Origin: Eledone cirrhosa
Lineage: Eukaryota
Reading direction: 5' to 3'
DNA: 64,000 nt
NCBI GenBank assembly: GCA_964016885.1
Contig: OZ024740.1
Span: forward strand, 412,734,001 to 412,798,000
The notes beneath the pieces are model-generated. The model saw nothing but the letters and a program-made list of their open reading frames with translations. It made no database searches and was not told the DNA's origin. Below, one piece after another: positions 11,354 through 25,326 of the stretch. Positions within the stretch are counted from its first letter, which is position 1, and the number at the start of each line of letters is the position of its first letter. The position numbers and the translations under genes were made by a program.

Positions 11354-14300
11354 ATGACCTCACACAGAATAGGCAGCATAAATGCGCGTGGCTTGGAGTC
11401 TTCATGGAAGCAGGGCCACCTGCTCAACGACCTCAGGTCACTAAACATAGATGTAGTGGCCATCAGCGAGACCAGAATCTCCGAAGCACGGGCCTTCGCA
11501 CCGATCTTAAGCGGCTACGATGTGTACACATCTCCCAGCCGTCCGGGATTGGGGGGAGGAGTTGCTGTGCTTTTTCGGAGAGGTCTGGATCTCGCCATAC
11601 GTGCCATCTTCCTGGACCCAGAAGGTAAGTTGTTGGTGCTAGACGTGACCAGCGAAGACGGGCAAGCTTTCATGCTAGTGGCCGTCTATGGCCCGACAGG
11701 AGCAGGGCGGCCTGATTTGTTCCTGCGTCTGGAGACCTTTCTTGGAAAGTGCCGCTCTTTAGTGTTAGTGGGCGACTGGAACGGGATCTTAGATGCACGC
11801 TGGGACTGTGTGGGATTAGCGGATAGGGGAGGAGGGTGTAAGAGCCTCACCAACCTGTTCAGGCGTTTTGAACTCTCTGACAAGTACCGATTGGATTTCC
11901 CGAATGTGGCAATGTCGACTTGGACAAATCGCATGGGGTCATCCAGATCATATCTAGATAGAGTATGTTGTAGGGAAATAGATAGGTCTAGCATAGGCTG
12001 TCCACAATTCAAGATAGTCAGCTACACGGACCACAAATTCGTGATCTGTGTCCTTGACTTAGATAGGCTTCATAGACGAGGACCCGGCTACTGGAAGCTA
12101 AACGCGTCCTTACCAGCGCGCAAGGCCTACAGAGACCGGATTAGCGAACTAGTTAAGCGGGCGTTGACGGGGGCCATCGTCAACAACAAGTGGTGGTTTG
12201 CTCGAAAAGAGCGATGAGAATATAGTCCATTAGATTTAGTAAGGCTTTAGCAATAGAGAAAAATAGAGCAGAGGGAGAACTAGTTAGAAAATTAGACGAG
12301 GCGCTTAGCAAAGGCATCGCGACCGACGTACTTGCGGCGAAATTGGCCCTCGACCAATTCTTCAATGCAAAGCACGAAGGCTGCGTTGTCAGAGATAGGG
12401 TGCGTGCTCTCAGACATGAGGGGACGAAAGCCGTTCAATGGACCCGTATGACGGAGGCGCGTCGTGGAAACAAAGCCACGCTCCGGTCTTTGGTGGACCA
12501 CGACGGGCGCATGCTACTCGATCCCGGGAAAAAGTGTGAAGCTTTTCAGCGACACTTCGCCCAGCTGTTCGGGGGCAGCGGTGGGCCGAATCGAGGGATG
12601 GACTTTAGTGTCTACCTCGACGGACTGCCGCGGCTCTCGGCCACTGAGGCGGAGTGTTGCGGAAAGCCGATAACAGCCGCTGAAGTACGTGAGGCAATGA
12701 CTGGCTGCACAAGGGGTAAATCGCCTGGTTTGGTTGGTCTGCACTATGAACTTCACGTACAGATGCCAGACTTGTTCGGAGGCCTCTTAGCGGATGTCTA
12801 CTGCAACTGGCAACAGAACGAGAGAATTCCCAGCTCTGTGAGCCGAGGAGCTGTGCGGCTGCTGAGAAAGGATCCGAACAAGGGGGATAACATATACAAT
12901 TTCAGGCCCATAACTCTGCTAAACACAGAGTTCAAGATTTTGGCCAAGGTGCTAGCAAAGAGGTTGGCGCTTGTCGTTGGTGGTCTTGTGGGAGGGGCGC
13001 AGACATGCGCTATTCCCGACAGATCCATCCACGACAACCTCCACCTCATGCGATACATCGTAGAGAGGGTAGCTAGGGAACCTGGCACGGGTGGGTCCTT
13101 TATCAATTTAGATCAGTCGAAAGCTTTCGATAGGGTCGACCATCGTTACCTAGCGGCAGTCCTGAGGGCGGCTGGTTTGGGCCCGTCTTCAGAGGCTGGA
13201 TCGCTGCCATGCACAGCGACATCTGCTCTGTGGTGAGAGTGAACGGTCAACTTTCGCAACCGTTCAACATCATGCGCTCGGTCCGCCAAGGATGTCCCCT
13301 CTCGTCCCTCTTGTACGTATTGACACACGAGCCATTACTGCATAAACTGAAGACGTTGAGGGGGGTCCCGCGCGAACTAGGATGCGGAAGATCCGTATTA
13401 GCATATGCCGACGATGTCACCGTAGTGGTGTCGAACACCAAACACATCGAGATGATCGGCACTACACTAACATAATACGAAGCGGTGACAGGAGCAATGA
13501 TCAACCAGGAGAAGTCCGTTTTCCTGCAGCTCGGCACCTGGAGAGGCAGGTCCATGCCGTCCAACAGTGTTGTCGGGCGCTGGACGGACGGACCGGTTAA
13601 ATTGCTAGGGGTCTGGTTCGGTCAGGACCTCCAGACGGACAAAAACTGGGACGACGTGACGAGCAGGATGGCTTCTCTCATCCAGAAATGGGCGGAGAGG
13701 AAGCTATTCCTGAAAGGACAAGCAGAGGTGGCTAACGCGTATATCGCGTACGTCATCTTCTACAGCCTTAACGTCGTACCTTGTCCTAAGCCCCGCCTGA
13801 CTGCACTGGAGCGTTTGCTCTTTTGCTTTTTGTGGAAGGGACGCGCTCCGATGGTCAGGCGGTCCATCTGCTGTCAACACCCGCTACGTTGAGGGCTGGG
13901 CATGCCGTGGCTGATGATGCGCAGACACGCGCTCAGGCTACGACATCTCCACCTCTTCCTCGACGGTGATCAGGTGTGGTCGCCGTTTGCTAGACACGTC
14001 TTTCCCCAGCTCGTCTCCTTGTCGGAGCTGCAGTCCTGGGTCAAGCGAAGCCCGAGAAGGAGCGCTTTGAGACTGGAATGTCTTCAGGCGCTGACAGCCC
14101 TCGGCCAATCGGGCAATGTGGTCGGTGGAAACTCCACCTTGGCGTTCTATAGAGGATTAGTGGAGGGGAAGAACGACGACGTACTTGGAGAAACTCTAGG
14201 CGTCGACGAAAATCAACTAACCAATCTCTTCGGAAGGACTTTCGAGCCGGGGCCTATGGAGAACTTCCAGAAATCCCTGGCCTGGCAGTGCTACCGAGGA

Positions 14301-14700
14301 GCTTTGCCAGTTCGGGATAAACTCTACAGGCATGGAGGTGCCGTCAGCCGGGCGTTTCCGAGATGCGCGCAGGGCGACGAAACCTTTCTGCACGCCCTCG
14401 TCTAGTGTCCGAGCATTGCAGACTTGTGGGTTTATGTCGAACACCTGCTGTCGCGTGTAGGACGGATCCAGCTATGAGCTGAGTCCATCGTGAGGATTGC
14501 CCCGCCCTCTTCCTTTAGCCGGGAAGGGCAGGCAGTTTTTATTCTGTCTGGTGGCCATGGCGAAAAAGATAGTATGGTGGACACGTTTCAAAGGGCTGAA
14601 GACGAGCACTTACCTCTTTGGTGATGCCCTGATTAATTTTTCAAATTTCATTTGAAAAGGAAAATCAGGGTAGGGAGGGAAGTGAATGGGCCTACTCTGA
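11354..14700 (+). pseudogene. LINE ORF2: APE endonuclease + reverse transcriptase + C-terminal zinc finger
   Basis: SINARGL, ISET, VGDWN, SYLDR, TDH, YWKLN; KSPG, FRPITLLNTEFKILAK, LDQSKAFDRVDH, VRQGCPLS, YADD; PRCAQGDETFLHAL. Several stops and frameshifts. Confidence 0.95.
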
Positions 14701-14937
14701 GTATGTGTCTGGGAGAGGGCACTTGCCCTGGTGGTCAGGGTCACTGTGGCTTATTTATGCGCTTTCTCCACGAATGTCCCTCGGATGTCTACCACGTATA
14801 GGGGAATTTTTCATTATTTTTTTGTTACATCCTCTGTTTTTGTTTTTTACACGCAGAAATGCCCATTTGTACCGTCCTGTATTGTCCTGTACTGTCCTTA
14901 ATGGCTACTTTATGTAAACCCTTGTGGTTAATAAAGA

Positions 14938-15014
<77 letters not shown>

Positions 15015-15031
15015 TATTAATATATATATAA

Positions 15032-15063
<32 letters not shown>

Positions 15064-15581
15064 ATATATTGTTATACTTGGGGAGGGTCATATTTGTGTA
15101 ATACCGCCAGAATTAATAACAGAACACACTCACTTTTTGGTTGGTTTTCACTTTTGGCTTCTGTGACTTTTATATCGGTAATCAAATTTATGCGGTCCTC
15201 AATGTTGCCATTGACTGACCAACGGTCAAAAATACAGATACAATATAGACACAAACACATATATATAGTTTATCAAAGTACTTTCCTTGCACATCTGCAA
15301 CATCGTCAGTGGTGCTATAGATTCCACCCGTTGCATTGTATTTCTACGCCATCTTTATTTAGTCTGTTTATATATTTATTTATTTGTTTGTTTGTTTGTT
15401 TATTTTATTTTGTCTTCTTTGCGCATGCGTTTGCGTGTGTGTATAGTGTTTTATTTGATGTGTGTTCGTGATTGGGTGACTGTGTATTGGTTAATGTGTT
15501 CTAAGTTTACTAGTGTGTGTTTATATGTGTTTGCTGTTATTGTGCTTGTGTATGTATTTATTTATTTAGTTATATATTTAT

Positions 15582-16847
15582 TTATACTTCTCTTAGGTCA
15601 GTGTTGTTTGTTTGGGTGTTGTTGTTATTCCATTCATTATTTCTGTTTAGTCTTTGCCTTCTAAGTTCTATTTCACTGGCCTCTCTGATTTGCCTATCTG
15701 CTGGGTCATTTCTATGTTTAGATATTATTCTAAATTCTATGTTGTCTATGTTACCGTCATGTTGTTGTCTGGCATGGTCGTATAGTACTGACCCGTTTTT
15801 TCATCCTTTTAATTCCCACCAGTGTTGGTCTATCCTTTCACCTATGCTACGAGCTGTTTCGCCTATCTATGTTGTCGTCATGTTTCTGCAAGTACCCCCT
15901 GTACATCTTATGCTATAGACTACATTTCTCGTTTTATAGTTTATCCGGGGGTTTACCTTACATATGATACACTTCCTATTAGTACAGTGGGTTTTCTTAA
16001 AAGTGTAGGTTTTGCTGATCAGGGATTTTATGGTGGTTCCTGGCTTTTCTACCACCTTAATCTTTAAGTGGGCCTTTCTCAGGCCCTTTCTACACTGGTT
16101 AGATAATTTCCCTCCAGGGGTAGCATCCACAAACATGACACTCTGGTATCTCTGGTTGTCGTACCATGAGGTGGCTTTCCCTATCTTATGTCTAGCCCTA
16201 TCTAAGCTATTCCAGGATTTGCTCCTGTATAATGGGCAAATTCCTTTCATGTCCAGTTCTATGAGGGTCTTATACTTCTCCATGGCTCCTTCGTATACTC
16301 TGACTTTTTCTCTTTGGTTGTAACCAGAGAACTGCATGCGGTTGATGAAGTGTTGGATGTGTCTTTCCATGTCTATTGGGTCGCACATGCGGGACACATT
16401 CTTCATCACTCGTACCAAATCTGCGATCAGAATATTAAACTTAGCACTACTGGACATTGCTGAGCTTTTGAGTATCAGGTATTTGGAGGCCATGGGTTTA
16501 GCATAGTGTGAGTGGAGAATTTGGGCTCTCTCGTCTATAGTGTTAATCCATAGTTCCGTGTCTAATACAGGTAGTCTATTGTTAGGGTGTTTGAAAGGGT
16601 AGTCGATAGTTACAGTTATACTCTGGTGTATGGAATTAGCTATCTGCTGGATGCTTTCCATTGTGCTACGTTCTAAATCAAACTTGTTAGTGCTCTCTAG
16701 TGGGGATGTTCTTATAACTATATTGATATCATCTACGTAACGAGAGTACATGATGAGGTCTATGGAGCTCTCATTAAGGAGATCTTTAAGTCTCCTCTCC
16801 CACCATACCATGAAAGGGTTGGCAACATCACCAGCTATGCTGACGCC
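15582..16847 (-). pseudogene. PLE4 RT C-terminal half + GIY-YIG
   Basis: GVSIAGDVAN, RYVDD, LPVLD, HYAKP, CTNRKCIIC, VVYSIRC...*IGETAR. The first ~45 aa of the listed 371-aa ORF come from the inverted UTR. Confidence 0.9.
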
Positions 16848-16949
16848 AAAGAAGACACAATAAAATAAAACAAACAAACAAAAAAATATATAAATATATA
16901 AACAGACTAAATAAAGATGGCGTAGAAATACAATGCAACGGGAGGAATC

Positions 16950-17005
16950 TATAGCACCACTGACGATATTGCAGATATGCAACGAAAGAACTTTGATAAA
17001 CTATA
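16950..17005 (+). ncRNA. Hammerhead-like motif in Neptune-like 3' UTR (also 15264-15319 minus and ~28933-28995 plus)
   Basis: tatagcacca-CTGACGA-t(g/a)ttgca..tgcaac-GAAA-g(t/a)ac-TT-tgataaactata. Stem II good, stem III palindromic in the 15.3-kb copy, stem I imperfect. Confidence 0.6.
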
Positions 17006-17260
17006 TATATGTGTTTGTGTCTATATTGTATCTGTATTATTTTTGACCGTTGGTCAGTCAATGGCAACATTGAGGACCACATAAATGTGATTACCTACAT
17101 AAAAGACACAGAAGCGAAAAGCGAAAACCAACCAAACAGCGAGTGTGTTCTGTTATTAATTCTGGCAATATTACACAAATATGACCCTCCCCAAGTATAA
17201 CAATATTTGTTTCGACACACGATTTCATATAAAAAACCTCGCAAAACTAATTCATCGCCG

Positions 17261-17946
<686 letters not shown>

Positions 17947-18209
17947 GATATATATAATGCTTTCTTTATAACAATACTGCTTTCTTTATGATATAATTTA
18001 TAATACAATATATATGTATGTATACATGTATGTATACATGTACGCATGTAGAAGTCCCCTACTGGATAGAAATTATTTCTTTCAATACACCAATCCTTGG
18101 TATTTCGTTTTAACTACGAAGTCTAGATGGAATGCATATACGTGAAATACTGCAATCAAATTTGTATAAACGTGAATAAAAAATATCCTTTATATATATA
18201 TATATATAT

Positions 18210-18921
18210 ATAATAACATACGTTTAAATAGCTTGACAAATTGAACATTGTGGATATATATATATATATATATTAAAATATATATATATATTCCTTTAAG
18301 TCGTTTGGAAGCCTCGACAATGCAGATGGCTAAATCTCCGGGTAACAGGATCCGGTGGTAGAGAGAGAGATGTAAGTGGGTGTACATTGAGATGCGTGGC
18401 GTGTATAAGACATGTAGAGGAATGAAGGAAAGACCATAAAGGATAAAAATAAAAATAACAACACGAGAGAGAGTTACCTTGGGAGAGATTTAATTGTCCC
18501 TATATATTTCGGATTCACATCCATTAACTGGGGGTTTTTTCAGAGAGGGGGGTAAGATTGTCTGTCGGAAAGGTGCAAAACGTTTCTTCCGCTATTCGTT
18601 GTTTCGGATAAAATCCCCCCCCCGGAAAAAAAACCATTTGATGGATGTGAATCCGAAATATACAGGGACAATTAAATCTCTCCCAAGGTAACTCTCTCTC
18701 GTGTTGTTATTTTTATTTTTATCCTTTACGCTCTTTCCTTCATTCCTCTACACGTCTTATACACGCTACGCATCTCAACGTATACCCACTTACATCTCTC
18801 TCTCCACCACCGGATCTTGTTACCCGGAGATTTACCCATCTGCATTGTCGAGGCTTCCAAACGACTTAAATAAATTTACTTTATTCCACAATGCTTCAAG
18901 CAAACTTCAATACTCTCTTAT

Positions 18922-19004
<83 letters not shown>

Positions 19005-19042
19005 ATGTTCAATTTGTCAACCTATTTAAACGTATGTTATTA
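18210..19042. repeat. Fold-back (inverted repeat) insertion, PLE 3'-end-like
   Basis: 18210-18524 is inverted against 18641-19042, with an imperfectly palindromic spacer. Terminal gcattgtc..caatgcttcaag resembles the PLE5 tail. Confidence 0.8.
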
Positions 19043-19673
19043 CTCTAAGGACCTATCTTGTCGAGTGCTTTACTAACTCATTCATATCGTCTGTCGAATT
19101 ATCTTGTACACCGCCAAAGATTCCATTTTACTAAGTCTCCAATTATATATATATATCGTTTCTGAATTTATATGTATGTATATATATATTTACATGCATA
19201 TGTTCATATGTGGATGTCAGTGTGTGTGTGTGTATGTTCTTGTGCATGTGTTCTTCTGTGCCTATATGTTTCTGAGCATATATGTTTCTTTGAGGGAAAT
19301 ATTGTTCCGTTCGATTTTAAATCCCGATGTACTGTTAATTGCATTACATTTTCATGTTTCAGAGTGATCAATAGTCTGCATTATATTTCTGAAACAATTG
19401 AAGATTTTCCGAAGCTGTAACACCATGTCTAATCAATAAGCTTCAATCATACTATTGACGAAAAATAATCATTTTATGGTGTACAATTCTGCAAATGCCC
19501 CTCAATTAGATATTACTATGATTAGCATCAAATTTGGTTCATTTATATTATCATAAAGTATGTTTTATATCATGTGCTATATCCTACATTATCCTGGCTT
19601 ACAAACCATATAAAATGAAATATTTTACTCACCGCGGAAATATTTTGCTCAAATATATATCATTATTTTATAG

Positions 19674-19838
19674 ATCGGTAGGTCAGACATGCTTTCCAGC
19701 ATAGTTACGCCCCTTTACGATCTGAGTTCAAATCCCGCCGAGGATAACTTTGCCTTTCATCCTTACTAGATCGATAAAATAAAGTACCAGTAGTGTACTG
19801 GATAATTGCTGGCCTTGTGCCAAAGGTAGAAACAATTA
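19674..19838 (+). mobile_element. tRNA-derived SINE, 5'-truncated
   Basis: Family match. Confidence 0.88.
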
Positions 19839-20326
19839 TCTTATAGGCATATTTTCTATGTCAGTAATTTCTCTTCATTCATAATTTCTTATTAATGAAA
19901 TTACCAATGGGGCCAATTATTCGGGATTCCTTATAATTGTTGAAATCTTTTTACTGACTGGCTGCGTTGGAGAAGACACTAGTTGTCATTTTCTGGCAAC
20001 TACCTAGATTTTCTCCTCTAAATGGAGAAAATATATTCAATGAAAATACGTCTCAAATTACTCGTGATAATTATCGTTTCATTTTAATTTTTTCTATTAA
20101 CCGGATGAAGAAATCGTGAGAAGTGATTCGTTCAAACACAAATTTATATAATCTTCATCCATTCAATAAAAAAAATATTGAATTAGTTTGTCTGGGGGAG
20201 CATACTCACGGGTTTTCTGAAAGTTACTTTCCTGCTTCTCATCGCTGGTGAAGTTTTCTAAATGATTGATGAGTGGGACCTGACTAAACCGAAAATATAT
20301 ATAGCAAAGCACCAAAATAAAACCTT

Positions 20327-20428
<102 letters not shown>

Positions 20429-20431
20429 TAT

Positions 20432-20499
<68 letters not shown>

Positions 20500-20784
20500 T
20501 ATATAAATTATATATATATATATATATATAAATTTTGAATAAACGAAGTCAAATTTGAAACATTTGACTTATTTATTTTATTTTATTTTATATATATATA
20601 TCTATATATAGGAATATATGTATCTATATATATATACTTATTCACGCAGCCATGCGTGGGTGATAACAGAGTGGCAATTACGTTTCACCACGTCCAGTGT
20701 CATTGTGAGGTATTCTATACAAGTGTCATCCACAATTGCCTCGAATCGAGCATTGCCCATGCACACACACACACACATATACAG

Positions 20785-20820
<36 letters not shown>

Positions 20821-20859
20821 CATTTAATATTTGACAAATATGATAGGTTTCCGTCAGTA

Positions 20860-21330
20860 CTAGCCCAGGCCATGTCTAAGTAATAGCACCACCTAGCGAA
20901 GTGTTCCAAATCAGGATTTGGGAACCATGGCCCACTCAAATAAAGAGTTATTTCATACGGGGACGTATCCATGTCTAAGCGGTTTATTCCGGATATCTTC
21001 CAGGAATGTGTCCCTAAAAGTTTTGACTTGTATGAGATCTGTTTCAGTTTTAATGCGCTTTGGTGTAATGTTAAAGAGAGCGGGACCAGTTGAGGTGAAA
21101 TAATGGGGACGTAATGTTATCAGATGCGAGTTTGAGGTGCATAACACGAGGTGTAAATCTTCGGTGTTCTTTAAAGATGATGCCACCATCTTTTGTGCAA
21201 TATTGCTGGAATAATTTCCACATCATGCACATAATGTAGGGCTTACGGTGCCATTGCAGATAGTAGAGCTTGATCATTTTCAGTCGACCCCAATAGACAA
21301 GACCTGGCATGTTGAGTCTAGAGTAGTGGT
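20860..21330 (-). mobile_element. CR1/L2-group LINE 3' fragment
   Basis: YWGRLKMIKL..YIMCMMWK, FTSTGPALFNITPKRIK, DTFLEDIRNKP: typical C-terminus of invertebrate CR1-group ORF2. Confidence 0.7.
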
Positions 21331-21419
21331 TATTTCACTGTTTGCGAGGGGGGGGGGGGTCGTTAGGCAATCGAGGGGATTGGTGCACTAAGGTAATAGC
21401 ATATGATAATATTATGTAA

Positions 21420-21690
21420 TCTCTCTTCTTCGCTAAACTCCGCCAGTTGCAGACTGCGCAATAACATGAGATATTTATCCTCCACAAATGTGATCACCAG
21501 CAGCAGAGTTCAAAGAGTAAAGATCAAGTCCAGTGCATAAGTTGACATTATCAAGCCATCCTTTTGGTTGCCGGCCTCTGCTTCTCTTACCAGTGAACCT
21601 TCCTTCCAGGCATAACCTACTCATACCACGAGTTGATTTTTTGTTATATGGCCGTATATTTTGAGTACTCTTGACTTGACAATTCATGTA
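21420..21690 (-). mobile_element. RTE-group LINE 3' fragment
   Basis: LEGRFTGKRSRGRQPKGWLDNV motif. Confidence 0.7.
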
Positions 21691-21759
21691 ATTAGTCTAA
21701 GATGTGTAATGGTGAACAGTTCGATAGCTAGGTTTTTTGTATCTCTTTTGCCAGGTTCA

Positions 21760-22630
21760 TCATGGCTAAAAAGGAGTTTTCTGCTTTAGGAAGCAGTTGT
21801 TTTCCTAATGGTGTGATTGCACTGTTGGTTAGGGTTGTAGTTTCCAATATTGTTTATGCCTTTATTATTGATTTTGTAACTTCGTGAAAGGTATGCTGCT
21901 GTGGGTTAGGTTTTAAGTTGGAGCTCCATTTCTGTTAGTACGTCGAGTCTTTGGAAGATGAGTGAAGGGACAGTCCTTGTGCAAACATAATCTGTCACGC
22001 AGAGAGTACCGGTAGAATTTAGGATTCCAGTTATCCGTGTTTTAGTGTTCGATTAATTATTTACTGGTGTTGATATGATTGAGGGATGTGTACTTTGACT
22101 TTGACTGGTAGTGTTCATATGAATTGTGCGTTTTGTCCCAGGTAGATGTGTGTAGTTGCAAGTGCAGAGCCTTTGGCGTAGTGAGTAATGGCATATTTGG
22201 AGGTTTCTTGTTTGTGCCGTGGGTGAGGTGGGGGGCATTTTGCTTCATAGATTTTGAAAATCTTTTTTAAAGTACTGTAGGATTGATGTGGTGATGTTGG
22301 GGAAGAAATGAGTCATTTATTAATGTTTGAGGTGGTAGGAAGATTAATAGTAGTACAGTAAGAAGGTGATATGGGTGGTGATGATGACGATAATTGTGGT
22401 GGTTGCAGGAGTTGGTCAGTTAACATATTCAGTGAAAGTTGTCATGAGATACTGTCATTGAGTAAATCCACTATTGTGCTGAAATTTAGGAGTGGCTCTT
22501 CCTGTTGTTGTTATTGTTGTTGCTGTTGTTGTTGCTGTGGCTTTTTTTGATGATTTTGTGGCTTTTGTTGTTATTTTTGTGGATTGCGTGGCTGTTGTTG
22601 TTGATGTTGATTCGCTTGACCATTATTTGA
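21760..22630 (-). other. Decayed A/C-rich low-complexity segment, possibly a LINE ORF1 remnant
   Basis: Composition resembles ORF1 at 9.4-11.3 kb, with a possible knuckle end LHKDCP near 21975. No clean ORF. Confidence 0.3.
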
Positions 22631-23536
22631 AGAAATTATATAGCGAAATTTATCAAAGTGACTAAGTTAATTTGTGTTAGACCTCGATATATATAAGTTT
22701 GCTTTGTATCTGCTTTACAGACTGCGTTTTGAATATATGGGCTGAAGCGTCTATATTTTCAATATGGGAGATATTAAACCATGCATTTATGAAGAGACCG
22801 ATTTCAATCTCACACTAATGTCGTTTGTTGTTAACGTGCTTGTTCGTCGTATTTTTTTTTCTTTCTGTTTTTTTCTTTTATATATTCTGTCGTATGTATA
22901 AGAGTTTTGGGTTATTTGGTTATTTGAGGATATTAAAGACCAATAACAATAATTCGTGCAGAAATTGAAAGTTTGCAGTTAAAATACGCACTTACAGTTT
23001 GTAGTTAAATACGTGGTTTAAAAAGATATCTTTTCCAGGGTTATTTACACAAGAGAAATAGTTAGGTATGCTGCGTAGCTTGCTACTGACTTCAAGAGAG
23101 GCTTAAAACCACGTATGTATACTTCAACAGTCCACAATATATCCATATATATGTATGTTTAAACACACATACACAGATCATTCTATAGAGAACATTCATT
23201 CACTTGTTCTTCGGAGAAACTTGTTTTAACCACCAGATTATATTTCATTTATTCACCGAATAAGAAAAAACAGATTTTGGCATTCTTGGGATGCCATCTC
23301 CTCAGCGAAAACTAACATTTTCAGAATGATTCCTAGAGTTAGATATTGTAACGAAATCCATAAAATCTAGGTCGTACATAAATCTTTAATGACTTGTGAA
23401 TTCTAAATCACAGACAAAAATAATGGAATTGATAAAATCAGTAATCAGTAATCAGTTTAGTGTGGCATCACAGAAATTGGAGTTGCGCATCAGAAAGAGT
23501 GAGAAGGAGAGACAGTGAAAGAGAGAGAGAGGGAGT

Positions 23537-23567
<31 letters not shown>

Positions 23568-24044
23568 AGAGGGAGATAAATAGATAGATAGATAGAGAGA
23601 GAGAAAAAGAGAGCTGTATGTGTGTTTGTGTGTGAGTGCGACTGTGTATCTGTTTGTGTGTGAGTGCGTATGTGTGTTTGAAAGAGAAAGATAACAAATG
23701 TTATACATGTCATATGATGAAGACTTAAGATTTTCATACATAGCTGCAGGATTCAATGGAATGCATATCATATAATTTTCTATTTATTTGATTTTAATAT
23801 TGCTTCATTTTTCCACTACTTGTGTCTTTACTGAACATCAAAGCTCTTTTTATATTTAGCTAACTTCACAACTCCTCATTTTATTTAGAAGACAAAGACC
23901 ACAGAAACAACAACCCATACATTCATTAGGAACCACTTGCAGTGATGTAGTACAGACAGAAATATAGCCTCGAACTCACACATCCATACCGACATATACA
24001 CACATACATGCACACACACAAGCTCACACACATATACACACACA

Positions 24045-24445
24045 TTAGAGCGTGAGGCATGTTCTACACCATAGAGCTACGGACCTTTACGTTCTGAGTT
24101 CAAATAAGATCAGCTTTGCCTTTCATCCTTACGTGTTTGATAAAATAAAGCACCTGTAACGCACTGGGGTCGATTCAATCGACTGACCCCGTCTCCCCAA
24201 AATTGCCGGCATTGTGCTTAAATCAGAACCCATTATTATTATTATTGGTGTATTGGCAGTATCGGTAGAGGGTCGGACGCCATTCTTCGCAGCAAAGAGT
24301 TACGGCCCTTTATGGTCTGAGTTCAAATCCCGCCGAAGTTAACTTTGCCTTTCATCCATACGGGGTCGATAAATTAAAGTGCCAGTAATGCATTGGACTA
24401 ATTGCTGGCCTTGTGCCAAAAGTAGAAACAATTATTATTATTATT
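24045..24445 (+). mobile_element. Two tandem SINEs; the first is a longer subfamily with an extra ggggtcgattcaatcgactgacccc hairpin
   Basis: Family match at 24045-24235 and 24247-24440, joined by (att)n. Confidence 0.85.
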
Positions 24446-25226
24446 TGAACGGCGGATAGAATTATTTGCGCTGTTTATTTTGACTCTCAGCTCCCTCAAA
24501 TCAATCACACTTTGTTCAACTTAGTCTATCATCCCTTGAATTTCGATTAGTAAAATTACCAGCCTAGTACAGGAACTTCCACTATATCTCTTTCTCACTC
24601 TCTATCCTTCCTGAAAGAAATCGGTTTTGTTCAGACCTGAAGAGGAAATGAGGCCCTACTTCTTTACCAAATACCAAACAAACGCCGTTTGTCAATGTAG
24701 TGCACCTCAGGATCCATCGTCGGGTGTTACGAAAAATCACAGAATACATATGCACATGTATATATACATACATAATGTATACATGCATACATATATAACA
24801 CTAACGTAATTGCAATATAGTGAAACAATTCCCAAAACTGGTACAGAAAGTTGATTAAATTTATTTTATCATAGTCAAGCTTAAATGCCTTATCTCCAGG
24901 CGAGGGTCATATAATTTTGGGGCTTTCTTGTATACTCAAAAGACAGAGCATATGATCATTTGCTAGGGCCTTTGAAGAGATTGTGAGAAAAACCAACTAT
25001 TTGCCCGGAAAATGGACACACATTTTATTGCATCATGAAAATGCAAATTTACTTCGCAGGAAAGGCTATGTTACCCTAAGGTGTTGCTTATCTTCTGAGG
25101 GTGTGGATGAAATAAGAAATAAATTGTGACAAATTCCTATTTACCCATGATTTGATAAACTTTTGCAATTTCTTAATTTTTTATATTTAATATTTTACAA
25201 TGCATATATTCTATAATATATATATA

Positions 25227-25261
<35 letters not shown>

Positions 25262-25326
25262 CAAAATTAAGATAAATCAAAGTGAAATTAATCTAAATCA
25301 AAATTATGGGTGTCATCCCAGAAAGG

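Larger units (their letters stand above)
9161..14940 (+). mobile_element. Near full-length (~5.8 kb) L1/Tx1-type LINE inserted in (ATT)n, inactivated
   Basis: 5' UTR, ORF1 with CCHC knuckle, ORF2 APE-RT-zinc finger, 3' UTR with aataaa, ATT repeats both sides. Confidence 0.92.

Noticed and set aside
11686-13564. Antisense ORFs over LINE ORF2
   Set aside because: Expected by-products of GC-rich coding sequence.
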